A stretch of 64,000 bases of DNA from Eledone cirrhosa (GCA_964016885.1 OZ024741.1:311240001-311304000), one strand, 5' to 3'. Shown: positions 37,340-51,930, counted from the first letter of the stretch. Made by a program: numbers and translations. Notes: generated from the letters alone by a model not told the origin.

Positions 37340-39830
37340 CAATTATTATTAAGATGATGATTTAAAACTTGATTTGAGTTCTGCTTCTTTCCAAATGAAG
37401 GGGTATTATTCTTACAGAGATTGTGCTCTTCTCAATATGTGTGCAGTACCAGTCAAAACAATTTTTTGCATCTCTTGCAGCGAGAGTAAACAAGGGAATA
37501 TTCTCAAATACTGTTCTGTTACTTTCTTGATCATTCTCAGTTCTCCCACAATCACTGGTGTTGTAACGGCCTTGAGGTGCCACATTTTGTTTCGATCAAT
37601 TAGCAGATATTTATATTTTGTTAGCTTGTCAAATTCTTTTGCCACGGTATTGTAATCACATGGGATGCTCATATTAATCAATAAACAGACCTTGGTGTGT
37701 TGGCCGTTTATAATGATATTTGATCTATTAGATTTCATGGTCCTGTCAGTATATAAAGGAAAATCCCAAAGAATTGTTAATTCTTCTCTTTCAGTTACAG
37801 CCACAGAGTGATGGTTCAGCATCTAATTCAACTGAGTTTGAGTTGACAAGCTTCCCCTTCTGGAAAGTGGCTTTCGCACACTTATGAAGTTCAAACTCCA
37901 TCCTGATGTCATCACTAAATCTTTTTACTGTCCGCAATGTCTTTGCAATATAGCTTTAAATCATCGATATAGAATAGGTGGCTTATTTTCTTGTTGACAA
38001 TTATGTAACCATACCCTGTTCTATTATATAAGGGGTATTGAAGCTATGCAAAAGAGTTGGGCTAAAAGTGAGTCACCTTGGAAAATGCCACATTTGGTAA
38101 TTATATTCTTAGAACTTTAGTACTCCATTGGAATGATATAATTGGAGGTTTGTGTTCCACAATGACATATAGTGTTTTAGGAAATTTGAAATCACAGGTG
38201 AGATTTTAAAGATGTCTAGTGATTTCAGAATCCATAAGTGCGGTATGCTGTCAAAAGCTTTTTTGTATATGATCGATGCGAAACAGATTTCTGCCAAGGA
38301 AAGCCAGAAATTAGGCACCCTGTCTCTACAGGGATATTTCCACTTATGAGCTTTATTGAGTGTCATCCTTAAGTCTGCTATAGAGATGCCATCCCATGCT
38401 TGTTCTTGTAAATTTGAGTAGGATTTTTCCAAGCGACTAATCCAATCTACATTAGCATTACATGACTTCTCATCACTCCAAATCTTTCTCCGAAAGTTTT
38501 CAACTTCTATGGAAGGGGAGTCTTCAATAATTATTTTCTCCTTTCCTATTTCTCTATGAAATGATTTCGCATTGGATGTGAACAATTTATTTTGCCGGAA
38601 GAAGTTCTTTCGCTTCTTGAATCTACAAATTCGTTGGGTTTTCACTTGGTCTTTGTTGATATAAATACTTTTCGGGAAGAAAGTTCATATTTTCTCTTTA
38701 GCTTTCTTCCCTTCCTGGATCTTATATCATTTGTTGTGATTAGCTCATTCAGTAAACATATTTCCTCCTCTCATAACATTAATCTTGCTTTCAATTCTAC
38801 TTCAATTCTACTTCTCCAAATTGGTTTACTTCTCAATTTAGACTTTCTTTGTTTTTTTGGTGGTAAACAACTTGTTTCAATTACTCTAGCAGATGCATAA
38901 ATGATTTCATTTAACCCAGTAAGATTAGGTTCTAATTCATCTATGATTTCTTTTGTTACAGAGTTACTAATTATTATTTGCTTTGAATTGTATTTGTGAG
39001 TTTTTGAAGTGATTCTCTATCATTTATACTAGTCTTACCACTGCAAGCTCATTCAGTATTTTCTGTTTCAATTCCTTCATAGACTCTTGATGTTCTTCAG
39101 AAAAATGTTTGGTCTTCAAATACTGTTTCTTTGCTCCATTCCTATCTATTTTCAGCAAGTTCAATAGGACTTCTCGTGTCTACAAACCTATTTGAAATTT
39201 GGTCAGATGGTTGTCTTTCGATAAAGACTTGTGACTGGTTACTATCTCCAGGAGATTCTTCAGTTTTTTCATGAATTGTATATATGTCATTCTCCACAGC
39301 TTGCTTGATCGCAATTATTTCAGTATCTGTGAGTATATTATTTCTGAAAATATCCGTCCTAACATTTGCTAACTTATTTTCATCCAGATAACGTCTGCTA
39401 GCTTGATTTCGTGTTTTCAAAATATTGTGAGAGTTTGCGGGGTATGTGCATTGTGATGGCTTACCTAATGCATATGAGTATATTACTTCTCCGGTTCATT
39501 TCATCTTTTTACATTTTTTTTTTAGGTGGCTTTGGTGGGGTAGCTGGAAAGGGGGGAGCTTGAGTTGGGGCAATCTTCGTTCAAGTGAACATCTAGGAGA
39601 AGTGTTTGTGCCAGAGGAAGACTTTTCCATCTGACGTTGGCACCTTCCTGAGGGACGCGCTTTCTGATTAACCATAGGCCAAGCGATTTGGTGTTCTGTA
39701 TTAATTTTTATTTGTTTTCCCGCAATTCATGCTTGCGTTACCCATGGAGTTGATATTCCTTGGAATGTTGCCCGGCTCTTTGGGTAGTGCATTGGGTAGC
39801 TATCAGTGAAATCATTATCACCATTGTAAC
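37340..39830 (-). mobile_element. Internally deleted R4-like RLE retrotransposon
   Basis: RQNKLF, YKKAFDSIPH, GIFQGDSL, TILWDFPLYTDR..SIPCD..KLTKY..PVIVG..LTGTAHILR. Confidence 0.85.
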
Positions 39831-40020
39831 AACAATAAAGTTATGGCCATTACAATTGTTGGTTGAGGTGATGTTGTGATGGTTGCCGCTGTAAGATGTG
39901 TAACAGAATGTACTCTACTGTTCCTGTGGTAAGAGTGCTGTTGGTGGTGGTTGTGCGGAGACTGATGTTGAAGGTGTGGGTTTGGGAGTGGTAGGGGGAG
40001 GGTCGCATTCTAGCTTATTG

Positions 40021-40069
<49 letters not shown>

Positions 40070-40079
<10 letters not shown>

Positions 40080-41463
40080 ATGGAAGATGTCTGTCTGTGT
40101 GTGTGTATGATTTATATGCATCTCCACATTTCTCTACCGATTTTGATGATTTTTTTCGCAATGTTCTCCACATTTACCAATCGATAAAAATCAATACATG
40201 CTGTAACGCTCTCTCTTACACGCTTAATCCCTCTCTCTACTACCCTCAACAATCTATGAAACTACATACATGTTGCAACTCTCTTTAAAACGTTAATGCC
40301 TCCCTCTACTACCCTATCACCATTACAGTTTACAGCAGCGACAAAACTTCGTTTAGGAACGCGACATCAATTTTAAAAAGTAAGCAACACATCAATTTAT
40401 ACAACAACAAACATAGCTTTACTCTCTCCGTCACTCTTAGCCTTCTCTATAATAGATTATTCTCCCTCTCTATAATGTAGCTGCTTTATTCTCTTCATGC
40501 TTTGATGTTTAACACACCTCTCTATAATTTCTTAGTTTACTCTCTCTGTCGCTCTTCACTCTCTATATGACAACACTGTTTTACACACCGCCCTATAGTT
40601 TCCGTCGCTCTTCCCTCTCTCTATAATAGATTATTTCCCCTCTCTATAATTTAACTGCTGGGGGAGTCATTCGAGTTCTGTATTGACATACGGCTTTTCT
40701 GGGGCATTTTAAATCGGCTTATTGCAAATAACAAATAGCAAAATAACACTTCATATAACAGATTAATACTATAGACATATGAATCAGAATGTTTAAATTA
40801 TTTATTTTTTACGACTTTAATTGGTTAAATATTAATATGACAACAACCATAGTGTAGTACTTCTGGCAATTCTGCCGAATACATTGCCAAGGATGAACCT
40901 TTCCCCTCGGCGTCAGATATCGCGTTCGATTTTCGGCGATCCCAATTCCCGGTGTGACAATGTTTTGCCATGTCCATTAACAAGTCACAAGGGCAAACAT
41001 TGTCGGTAGCGGGCATCCATTTGGGGGAGCCATGCTTCTCCCATGGCCAACTTTATGTTGCCTGTTCCCGCATAGGGAGCCGGAATGGACTTTTTGCTTA
41101 CACTCCTCAAGGGAAGACACGCAATATCGTCTACAAAGAGGTGCTATAGATGTTGGTGCAGGTGTTGGAGGTGTTGGAGCTATGCCGTCTGGAAAACTAT
41201 TTCCTGGTAGGCTCACCCATGGCAGACTGATATGACACCCAGCGGAATCAGGGCCACCATCTTGCAACTTTTGGTTTGCTAAATTCGCTATTGGAAGATT
41301 ATTAACCCCTCATTGATTGTCCAAAATGCTAATTGGTTCGTAACTTTTAATAACCAGTTCAACTGCTTTATGCACTTAATTGATAACATTATTCGCTTTC
41401 AAGCCACGTTTTACTTTTCGTAGAAAATGAACAAACCCGAGCAACGGCGGGCTAAACTGCTAG
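40070..41463 (+). mobile_element. Non-autonomous Helitron-like element
   Basis: Ends with hairpin cccgagcaacggcggg and CTAG followed by T; internal ctctctataat minisatellite; second copy at 26800-27831. Confidence 0.82.
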
Positions 41464-41507
<44 letters not shown>

Positions 41508-42077
41508 ATAACGAGGAATCAGTGATGCATCCAAGCACATTTTATTAAGGTATTACGTATGTTTCTCTGACGATCAGCTCAACGCAGGATCTATTACAGA
41601 TCGAAGCTGACTCTGCATTCGCAATGTCCTCATATATGTTTAGCGCTTTCAAAGCATTTCATCCGATTGAAACCATTCGATCCGTTCCATTGTCAACAAT
41701 TGACATCATCCCGTTGATACGGCCTTTCCATTGGTTTAGAATTTCAAGCGTCACCGCCCTCATTTGACCAGTCAAATACGTTCATTGTCTGCAGTTATCC
41801 AAACGTTGTCAACAAATTACTAATATGTGGGCGCAAACGTATAGATATATCTACCACCATTAAAGTCAACAGGATTTAAAAAAAAACATTTTGAAAGTAA
41901 ATGTGACCCAATGGGTCATCGGTGGTCGGGTGTATAATATTAATAAACAATTGAAAGTGTTCAGCTATGAATGGAGGCTGATGAGGAAGAGCCATCTAAG
42001 GAATCCCAACAGAGGTAAGGGCGAGTAAATCTCAACGATCTTCGTTGATGATTCTGGTGGCTATCAAGACAAGGATC

Positions 42078-42114
<37 letters not shown>

Positions 42115-42273
42115 CAATATCGGAGAAAGCTTTTTAGCGATACTCCGGCCAAATTCCAACTCACTCAATAAACATTAGGAAATAAGTCATTATATTCCCA
42201 ATTATGCGTTCGGGGTGCTAACTAAAAGTATTGCGTGGAAAATTGGCTGTATTATTTCATATGAGACATATTC

Positions 42274-42302
<29 letters not shown>

Positions 42303-42306
<4 letters not shown>

Positions 42307-44420
42307 AACGAGTAGGACCCCGACGGCTGAGCTCAAGCCGTTTCGAGGCTTATTCTGGACGAAATGAACATTCTTATCCTGGTATATGAATACCCGAGCT
42401 TATCAGGGGGTAATTCCATATACGGTAAAAGTGATTGTCACAAGGATTGGTCAAAAGTTTGTTGTTGAGACATAATCATTCTATCATGGCAATTTGTGGA
42501 GGGAAGGGGTAGCTGAACCTGCCAGTAGATGAAAGAGGGAGAGGGGGTGGAGGAAACCCAGCCGTGCGTTGATAGTGCCAACTACAGCTGGGCAGGAGGT
42601 CAAAGAAGATACTAGGGTGGCGGAGGGGGAGGAAGTCGAAACAATAATTAAAACAATATGGGGTAAATATATAGAAAAATACCGAGTGTTAAAAAACAAT
42701 TAAATGTAAAAAAAAAAAAACAAACAATTTCTGTTTACTATAACCTAAGGACAGCTATCAAGTCTCTCGCTGGTACTGCTAGACTAAAGCAAGGTTTACT
42801 AGGTGGGACGGAATTATAATGAGACCCTTTTAAGAAGTATAAGTAAACAACCGAATATATCTTACGCGACGGGTCAACAAGTGGGGTGTCCAAAATACCA
42901 CTAAATAATAATTCAGAGTCCAGAGACCAGTACGAAATAAAGGTTTCTACCCCAGGCACAAGGCCAGCAACCACGCAGTGCGGAGAAAAAAATGAACTAA
43001 TACGAAATAATAATTCAGAATCACGAAAAAGAATACTAATACTATCTCTAAGGGTGCCGCCACGATACAAAAATTCTAGTGCAAACTACATAAATGCTCG
43101 TACGAAGTATATGTAAAATTTGATACTGAAAATTAATTCAGAATCCCCCCCCCCCCCTAAAAAAAAATACTGATATACGAGAAACTAAAGCAAAGATACC
43201 ACTAAGAAATATAGAAAGCACGAGGCAGTCATCGATAAGAGGCAAGTATCCGGGGTCTAACACATCTGCTTTAAAAAGCGGAGTCGGCCAAATCTATCAT
43301 AGAATAGGGGAAGGGGTAGGGGTACTGAGGCTACAAAGGACCGAGGGGCTGCCTCGAGGGGGCGAGAAAGTAAAAGGACGACGACAAAGAAAGAGGACTG
43401 GAGTGGAAGGACTAGGGAGGGATGGGGGGCAGAAGGAAATATAGAGGAAGCGATAAAAAGATATAAAAGAAGACCTTACGTCTACCTTTGCAAGTAGAGG
43501 TTACCCATTACAAAATCGGCAAGTGGGGTATTATAGCCCTAGTCTAACCCCCCCCCCCCCCACCCTCCGGGTCATTATGGGGTTTGAGGGCGAGGTAAGT
43601 CCTACGCAATCTGTGTTTACATGCAGTTACCAGTTCATCTTTCTTGTTTAGGAGTTAGTCCGTCGAAAACAGCATTTGTAAAGTTTCCTCCGAGCATAAA
43701 TTGCACGGACGGCGTCCTCCCGTGTAAGAGTTGGCTCAGGACAGTAAGCTGCAAGTGAGATCATAGGTAATATTGTTATTCTTGAGGTCCCATATGTGGC
43801 CCGAAAGTGTAGTGGCGTGACGCCGGGCCGGCTTTCGGAAGGTATGTCTGTGTTGGTATAGCCGGGTCTTGAAGTCACATGCGGTTAATCCTATATAAGC
43901 TTTGTTGGAGGTGTCCGTCCTCACGTTGCACTGGTAGATGACATTACGGTCTCTGCATCTGTTGTCGCGGGGGCAAATGGATCCATCGGGACAGTTGCAC
44001 CTCCTGGTCGGCTCCCCACTGCTATTTAGGTTATTTCTTCCATAGGCGTTGAGTTTTTTGTTGTTAGAGGAGACGATGCTTTGTGCAAAGTTTGGTGTAA
44101 TGCTGTAGGAGAGTTTGATGGCATTTTTGTTAATTATGTTCTGGTAGCGGTGTTGTAGTTGGAAGTGTTTTTCAATGAGCCTAAAGAAGATTTTCCCGAT
44201 AGTAGTTGTCACCTCGGCGTTGTGGGGAGGATTGAACCATGTTACGTTCCGTGAGCGGCGGTGTCGCCTGCTGGTTCCGCTAATGGAAGCTGGACAGTAG
44301 GATATTTCCTCCCGGAAACCACTCCGCTTGAGGGCTGATTGTAATAAGGCGCATGTTCCTCGAAAATCTGCTCACTAGCTGACAAACGAGATATGCGGAG
44401 GGAGATGATTTTAACCAGGT
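42303..44420 (-). mobile_element. 5'-truncated Naiad-type Penelope element (same family as 5130-8403); HHR at 42317-42411
   Basis: WFNPPHN, CNCPDGSICP, NVIY..AYIGLT; pLTR with acccc CTGATAA...GAAA cggc..gccg TC ggggt. Confidence 0.92.
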
Positions 44421-44429
44421 TAAATATTT

Positions 44430-45985
44430 CCTATGATCTCACTTGGAGCTTACTGTCCTGAGCCAACTCTTACACGGGAGGACGCCCTCCGTGCAATTTA
44501 TGCTCGGAGGAAACTTTACAAATGTTGTTTTCGACGGACCAACTCCTAAACAAGAGAGATGAACTGGTAACTGCATGGAAACAAAGTTTCGTAGTACTTA
44601 CCTCGCCCTCAAACCCCATAATGACCGGGGGGGGGGGGGGTAGACTAGGGCTATAACACCCCACTTGCCGATTTTGTAATGGGTAACCTCTGTTTGCAAA
44701 GGTAGACGTAAGATCTTCTTTTATATCTTTTTATCGCTTCCTCTATATTTCCTTCTTCCCCCATCCCTCCCTAGTCCTTCCACTCCAGTCCTCTTTCTTT
44801 GTCGTCGTCCTTTTACTTTCTCGCCCACCCGAGGCAGCCCCTCGGTCCTTTGTAGCCTCAGTACCCCCACCCCTTCCCCTATTCTATGATAGATTTGGCC
44901 GACTCCGCTTTTTATAGCAGATGTGTTAGACGCCGGATACTTGCCTTCTTATCCGATGGCTGCCTCTTTTCCGTGCTTTCTATATTTCTTAGTGGTATCT
45001 AATTTCTCGTATATCAGTATTTTTTGTGTGTGTGTGTGGGAGGGGGGGGGGGGATTTTGAATTAATTTTCAGTATCAAATTTTACGTATACTTCGTACGA
45101 GCATTTATGTAGTTTGCACTAGAATTTTTGTATCGTGGCGGCACCCTTAGAGATACTATTAGTATTCTTTTTCGGGATTCTGAATTATTATTTCGTATTA
45201 GTTCATTTTTTTTTGCACTGGGTGGTTGCTGGCCTTGTGCCTGGGTTAGAAATCTTTATTTCGTACCGGTCTCGGGACCCTGAATTATTATTTAGTGGTA
45301 GTTTCTTTAGACTTTTGGACACCCCACTTGTTGACACGTCACCGTAAGATATATTCGGTTGTTTACTTATACCTCTTAAAAGGGTCTCATTATAATTCCG
45401 TCCCACCTAGAAAACCTTTCTTTAGTCTAGCAGTACCAGTGAGAGACTTGATAGCTGTCCTTAGGTTATAGTAAACAGAAATTGTTTTTTTGTTTTTTTT
45501 TAATATTTAATTGTTTTTTAACACTCTCGGTATTTTTCTATATATTTACCCCATATTGTTTTACTTATTGTTTTGACTTCCTTCCCCTCCCCCACCCTAG
45601 TATTTCTTTGACCTCCTGCCCAGCTGTAGTTGGCACTATCAACGCACGGCTGGGTTTCCTCCACCCCCTCTCCCTCTTTCATCTACTGGCAGGTTCAGCT
45701 ACCCCTTCCCTCCACAAATTGCCATGATAGAATTATTATGTCTCAACAACAAACTTTTGACCAATCCTTGTGACAATCACTTTTACCATATATGGAATTA
45801 CCCCCTGATAAGCTCGGGTATTCATATACCAGGATAAGAATGTTCATTTCGTCCAGAATAAGCCTCGAAACGCCATGAGCTCAGCCGTCGGGGTCCTACT
45901 CGCTCCTATTACCCACTATACTACCCTAAGTATTGAGTACTTCGGTTCGTTATGGTCCACCTGGTTCCTTACCACATTTCCTTCG

Positions 45986-45988
<3 letters not shown>
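44430..45988 (+). mobile_element. Oppositely oriented 3' end and pLTR of the same Naiad family; HHR at 45800-45894
   Basis: Inverted partner of 42303-43770, the typical Penelope inverted structure. Confidence 0.92.
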
Positions 45989-46050
<62 letters not shown>

Positions 46051-46326
46051 CATACATATATATATATACATATATGCATTTAGAACTATTTCATTCAAAT
46101 GTAATAATCAGGAAAGCCGTTTCCAGATGATTAGTTTGGATGAAACTATTCTAGTCCTGTAGAAGCGATTTCTATATTTAACATCATATTTACACACACA
46201 AACACACACAGACACAGACACACGCAAACATATGTATATATATATATGTGTGTTTGCGTGTGTGTATATGTGTGTGTATGTGTGTGTGTGTGTGTGTAGT
46301 AAATACGTAACAAGTTTTTGATATAC

Positions 46327-46461
46327 CTTGTTATCAATTGTCACCAACATAACCTGCAGAACATCTATCTGACCATGTTCCATTTCGCTTGTCACAGTTA
46401 CTATTGTTGAGACAATCGCATGTCGCTATACAATTAACACCAAAGTTTCATATTCGGCCTT
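46327..46461 (-). pseudogene. Pseudogenised 135-bp EGF-like exon
   Basis: AG/GT intact; EGRI*NFGVNCIATCDCLNNSNCDKRNGTWSDRCSAGYVGDN**Q. Confidence 0.85.
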
Positions 46462-46646
46462 CTGAAGTATATATAAGATTTCTATATGAAACATCATATT
46501 TACACACACACAAATGCATGCACGCACACACCCGCACTCACCCACAGCCACACCCACAGCCAGACACACAAACACACACACGCATATATATGTATGTGTT
46601 GCGTATATAGTAATTATTGTAATTACGTAACAAGTTTATAATATAC

Positions 46647-46778
46647 CTTGGCAAGAGTCACCAATATAACCTGTAGAACATCCATCTGAACATGTTCCAT
46701 TTCGCTTGTCACAGTTACTATTGTCGAGACAATGACATGTCCTCTTACAACCTAGACCAAACATTCCTGCTGGGCATT
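46647..46778 (-). CDS. 132-bp phase 1-1 exon encoding an 8-Cys EGF-like repeat (MEGF/scavenger-receptor-F/RPTP-ectodomain type)
   Basis: tttcAG|..|GTatat; ECPAGMFGLGCKRTCHCLDNSNCDKRNGTCSDGCSTGYIGDSCQ. Confidence 0.88.
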
Positions 46779-47085
46779 CTGAAAATATCAATATATATGA
46801 TAATGTTGAAGATATCATTAATTACATACAAATATCAATGATACAATTTTATACCAAATTTTAAGATTAAAGTGATCTTGTGATAAACATATGAACTTGT
46901 TTACTTATTGAATATTATATAGATCCTCTATAATATATACATGGATGTTTAATTCAATTAAATGCAATGTTAAACACATTATGCAAGACACAAACCATAC
47001 CATAATAAAAATAATCATATCCTACAAAATCTTACCATATTCTAACAGTTCCTACGATATGTATTTGCGACATTCTTCCATTTAA

Positions 47086-47219
<134 letters not shown>

Positions 47220-47296
47220 TATATATAATATAGTGTATATATATAATATACGATATAGTGTATATATATAAATGCATACACACATACATACATACA

Positions 47297-47866
47297 TGGT
47301 GGTGGCTGCCAACTCGTTTTCGAGTACGGCCACTACTTTATATCCATGTAGGAGAACCCCCACCGATGCGCTGAACGAGTGTGAGTTTTTAGTCCAGCCA
47401 GCGACTTGAAAATTCTGGTACAAACACTACACTTGTGACAATTATTGACACATAGTGCTGGTCCTATGTTACCATGTGACGACAAGTGCAGAGAGATCTC
47501 CAGATATAAAGCAATATCTGTGTCGTGAAGCTTTTATAGTGAGCAAAGGCATTACACAAAGCCAGTCCCACTCTCTTAACCAAGATGATATTTACCAAAA
47601 AGAAGAACAAGTCAACATCATTGGATACCATCAGGGTTGCAGGTGTTATATCAGAGTTTTCCTTCTCCTAGAATTCTGCCTTGACAAAGGCTAAGGGGTC
47701 ATCTCTCCCGATGATTTTGGATGGCCATTGACTCTTAAGAGCGACTTTGCCCTTTGACAGCTTTTGTTTTTAGTCCTGCAGGATGTCCAAAGTCACCCTC
47801 CTCACCAAGAAACCTTGGTGGGGTTGCCAGTTTAGTCGCCAACGACCCGACCATGAGATAGGTTGT
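47297..47866 (-). mobile_element. Short non-autonomous RTE-derived element (5' UTR joined to 3' end) in a (TACA)n tract
   Basis: RTE 5'-UTR-like motif ctaggagaaggaaaactctga; 3' stem-loop actcg-aaaa-cgagt and (TATG)n tail; related 3' end at 58682-58730. Confidence 0.6.
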
Positions 47867-47894
47867 ACATACATACATACATACATACATACAT

Positions 47895-50800
47895 ACTTCA
47901 ACATTTGCAAAAACTTCTTGCGATTCAAGGGATGAACATTTCTTTTCTTTTACAACCTTGCCACCAGGAAGGATGGCCGGGTAAAAAAAATCTACTCGAA
48001 ATTAAGAGAAAGAGATAACTCATACATCAGTCAACGCGATCACTCGCATATTATGGCGTGGGAGACTATTTATTAAATTTAAGATGAATACTATCTCCGA
48101 CAGTAATGCCACAACAACGGCCAGGTTGAATAACTGGTTATTCTTCTAACTATCCCTTCTGAAAACACATTTTATTCAAATTCATAGAGATATCCAACTA
48201 AATACATAATTCATTTTACAAGGATTTGCTACAAACAGCATGGCTGAACACAATATTAACAACAAAATTAAGCAATTATCGAAGATAAATAACAAAGAAG
48301 GTAATCAAACTTTATTCAGTTGTAGCTACAGAAGAAACCGAAATTATAAATCATATTTCTCTTGGAGTTGTGAACTTAATAATGATTTATTTAATTGTTA
48401 TAAAATGGCAAAAAACAATCCCTCCATTGGCTATATGAATAGAATGAAACTACACTGGGACGAAATGCACCCAGAGCTAAATTATTTCACAGCGAAACAA
48501 TTAAGCCAACAAGCGACGTTTGTCGAACGTAAAAATAAGATAAATATTATTAATTGTATGTCCCCCACAACAAACATGGAAACAACAACACGTGCTACAG
48601 ATCGACATGCTACTAGCCCACCTAGCAGCCAGGTCGAACAGCGCCTTGAAACAACTATGCCTGTGAGAAACTTGACACCACCTGTACCATCTAAGTCTAC
48701 CTCGAATGCTGGGGAAAACACTATCGATAATAATAATAATTGAAGAAATAATAATAATAATCGAATAAATGTGACACCACGTATACCACCCGAGTCTACC
48801 TCGACTGTTATGGAAAATACTATCGATAATGATAATCAAAAGTATAAACAATTGAAAATGTCCTTCAACGAAATCTTTCAGAGAGAAATAAACTCATGTA
48901 TAAATATCTCTCTGGCTGAACGTGTTAAAATGACAATGGTGAATAAAAAATAAATAATGAAATAATACGTGTTATTGACGAAATAGGAGATGAATATTTA
49001 CGACGGATGAAAACCCCAACATATTGGCAAATCAACGCCTGTTCATATGCCTTAGCAACGACAGTGAAGCATTATCTTGGTGATAGCAGGGAGATTAACA
49101 AGAACAGAACACCACCAAAATACCATCATATATAACTAAAATAGAAAAAGAGATTGCTGTCCTACAAAACACAGGATATGTAACAATACTCCTTACATGC
49201 AAACAAACACAAAAGAACCTCACTCCTTACCAACAAAGAGTGAAAAATAAAATAGAGACGATGTTTGGTAACAGTAGAACCAGAACTCTCCAATATAAGC
49301 TGATCACCCTCAAACAAGAATTGAGAGCTGTTAGCGAAAAACGCCGATACCTGAAGAAGATAGATGAGAGAAAAATGCTTAATAAAAGATTCAGATGAAA
49401 CCAAACATCAGTCTATAGAGATATGAAGGGCAAAATAATAAGTGTCACTGAGGCCCCATCCCAGAAAGACATAGATTCCTTTTGGAGAAAAATATGGGGT
49501 GAAAAGAAGAATTTCAACCAAGATGCAGTGTGGCTGAAAGAAATCTGAAAGAACTATTGCTCCTACACTACAACAAAAACATACGAAATAAGTCAGGGTA
49601 CCCTTGAGACTGTGATAGGAAAACTCCAAGATAAGAAAACACCAGGAAGAGAAATGATTGTCGGCTACTGGTACAACAATCTGATATTCTATCGGAGGTA
49701 TCTTACTGACCTCTACCAACAAGTTCTTAAGAGAGATAAACTTATACCAGAATGGTTGACATTAGCACAAACGTTACTGGTCTCCAAGAACAAAGACATC
49801 CACTTGGCAAAATACTACCGACCCATTGCATGCCAGAACATGATGTATAAGTTGTATACAGCCTGCTTGAACCTATTCCTCCAAGATCACTGTGAAAATA
49901 ATAACATCATGACAGATGAACAAGTAGCTGGAAAGAAAGGGGATTGGTTATGGGCTGAATAACTCCTAATCAACAAAACTGCGATGTCGGAGGTGCTACA
50001 ACTTAGGAGGAATATAGCTACAGTCTGGCTGGACTACAGGAAATATTTCTATTCTGTTCCCCACTCTTGTAAGATAGAGGCTCTTCAACTTGCTAAAGTC
50101 CCAGCCATTATTGTCAGAGCCATAGAGAGGATGTCTTCTTCTTGGGCTACTATCCTAATGTTAAAGACAGAGAGGGGGGACTCTATTTTCACTGATAAAA
50201 TCAAATATTGCAGGGGTATATTTCAGGGGGACAGTCTCTGTGTGATATTATTCATATTGTCATTAGACCCCTTGTCCTTTCTGCTCAAGAATAGTGAGGA
50301 ATAGATCATTGGCCTAACTGTTTCACCGTATCTGATGAAGACTGCTACAGATACCTGGGGATAGATGACAACATATCCTATAATGGTATCTGTAATAAAG
50401 AACGCGAAATCACGGAATACTACACCCGATTAAGAAGATCTGGTAATCGGAACTCCCTGAACAAAACAAAACAGTGTCTCACAATGTGTTTGCTGTGTCT
50501 GTCCTAACACCAACGTTTGGAATACTCAATTGGACGATAGACGAAATCCGAGCAGTTGATATTGGAACTCGAAACATTCTAAAACACATTGGAAATGTCT
50601 ACATCAACAGTGACACAGACCGCCTTTACTTGAAACGTAAGCAGGGAGTCAGAGGCCTAACATCAGTCCAGACAACATTTGAATGTCGCATCATATCTCT
50701 CCGACAACATCTACGAACCTCGAAGCGTAGGAACCCGTTTCTCAAGCAATTCTCTCTGCATGAAACAGATAAGAGCATGAGAGTTGGGAGGAAACTCCTC

Positions 50801-51930
50801 GAGATATATTCCCTGTGTGATAAACAAAAACTCACACCCAGGGAAGTCGCTAAGCAGTATCGCAATGAATCCATGGATGTGAAGCTGCATACTTTTCAGC
50901 AAAAAAAAAATGTTTGGATATGTTGCCAGGAAGCTCCAGAGTGAGAGTTATATAGATAAGGAATTAGTCTATCTTGGATCAACAACCGCTATATTGACTT
51001 CCACTTTGAAGAATACGCTTTTGCAATCCAAGAACAGGAGATTCACACGAAATACCTGATTCACAAAAGAGATAGGGATGCAGGCAAAACACCTAGATGT
51101 GATAACAAGTGCAGACTATGCAGAACTAACATCGAGGATATCACCCATGTCATCAGCAGCTCTCCACAGATGTCATCGCGGTACTATCTACCTATGAGGC
51201 ATGATACAGTGGCCAAAACTCTGTACAATGCAGTTCGTAAAAAAGATAGCCCTGATAATAAACACATTAAAAGCTACAGCAATGTGGAAGATATCCATGT
51301 ACATAATATGAAAGAGTACTGGTGGAATGTTCCAGTAAAAACCCCAATAACATGAAGGGATAACAGACCAGATATTATGATATGGGACAGGGAGAAGAAA
51401 GCATACACAGTAGTTGAAATTAGCTGCCCAGCAGGTGCCAATATAATATCAAACATTAGTGAAATGGAGAATATTTATGCAGAACTGATGAGAAATCTGC
51501 AGATACTCTACCCTGATTACACCTTCAGATTTTTGCCTGTGATTATTGAGGTACTGGGGTATGTTAGTAACTGCCTCAATACAAATCATCAGAAGCTAGA
51601 CTTCACAGGAATATAAAGAACACAACTAGTTAGGAAATTACAAGTACAATCCATTAATGGAACAGTAAAAGTATGTAAAACATTCCAAAATTTTGCATCT
51701 AATAACTGCATATACACATGTACAGATGCAAATCATATACACATGCACACATACAACTCAAAACATCCACATCCACACATACGATAACACCCATATCTAC
51801 ACATGCATGCATACATATCTACCTAGTTGATGTTGTGTAAATTCCAATGAGAGAGTCATGTGTCTATGTTAGAAAACGACTCTCTTTATTGGTAAAACTT
51901 TGTGAAATTATAAAACCAGAAGAACATACA
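47895..51930 (+). mobile_element. Near full-length R4/Dong-like RLE retrotransposon, decayed; RT active-site region deleted at ~50310
   Basis: WSCELN..CY..GYMNRM..W, YRPIAC, WLDYRK, RGIFQGDSL, CRLC..H..RHD, NRPDI..EISCP. Confidence 0.9.

Noticed and set aside
41978-42060. Exact CTGATGA core match
   Set aside because: No downstream GAAA, stem III or stem I pairing.
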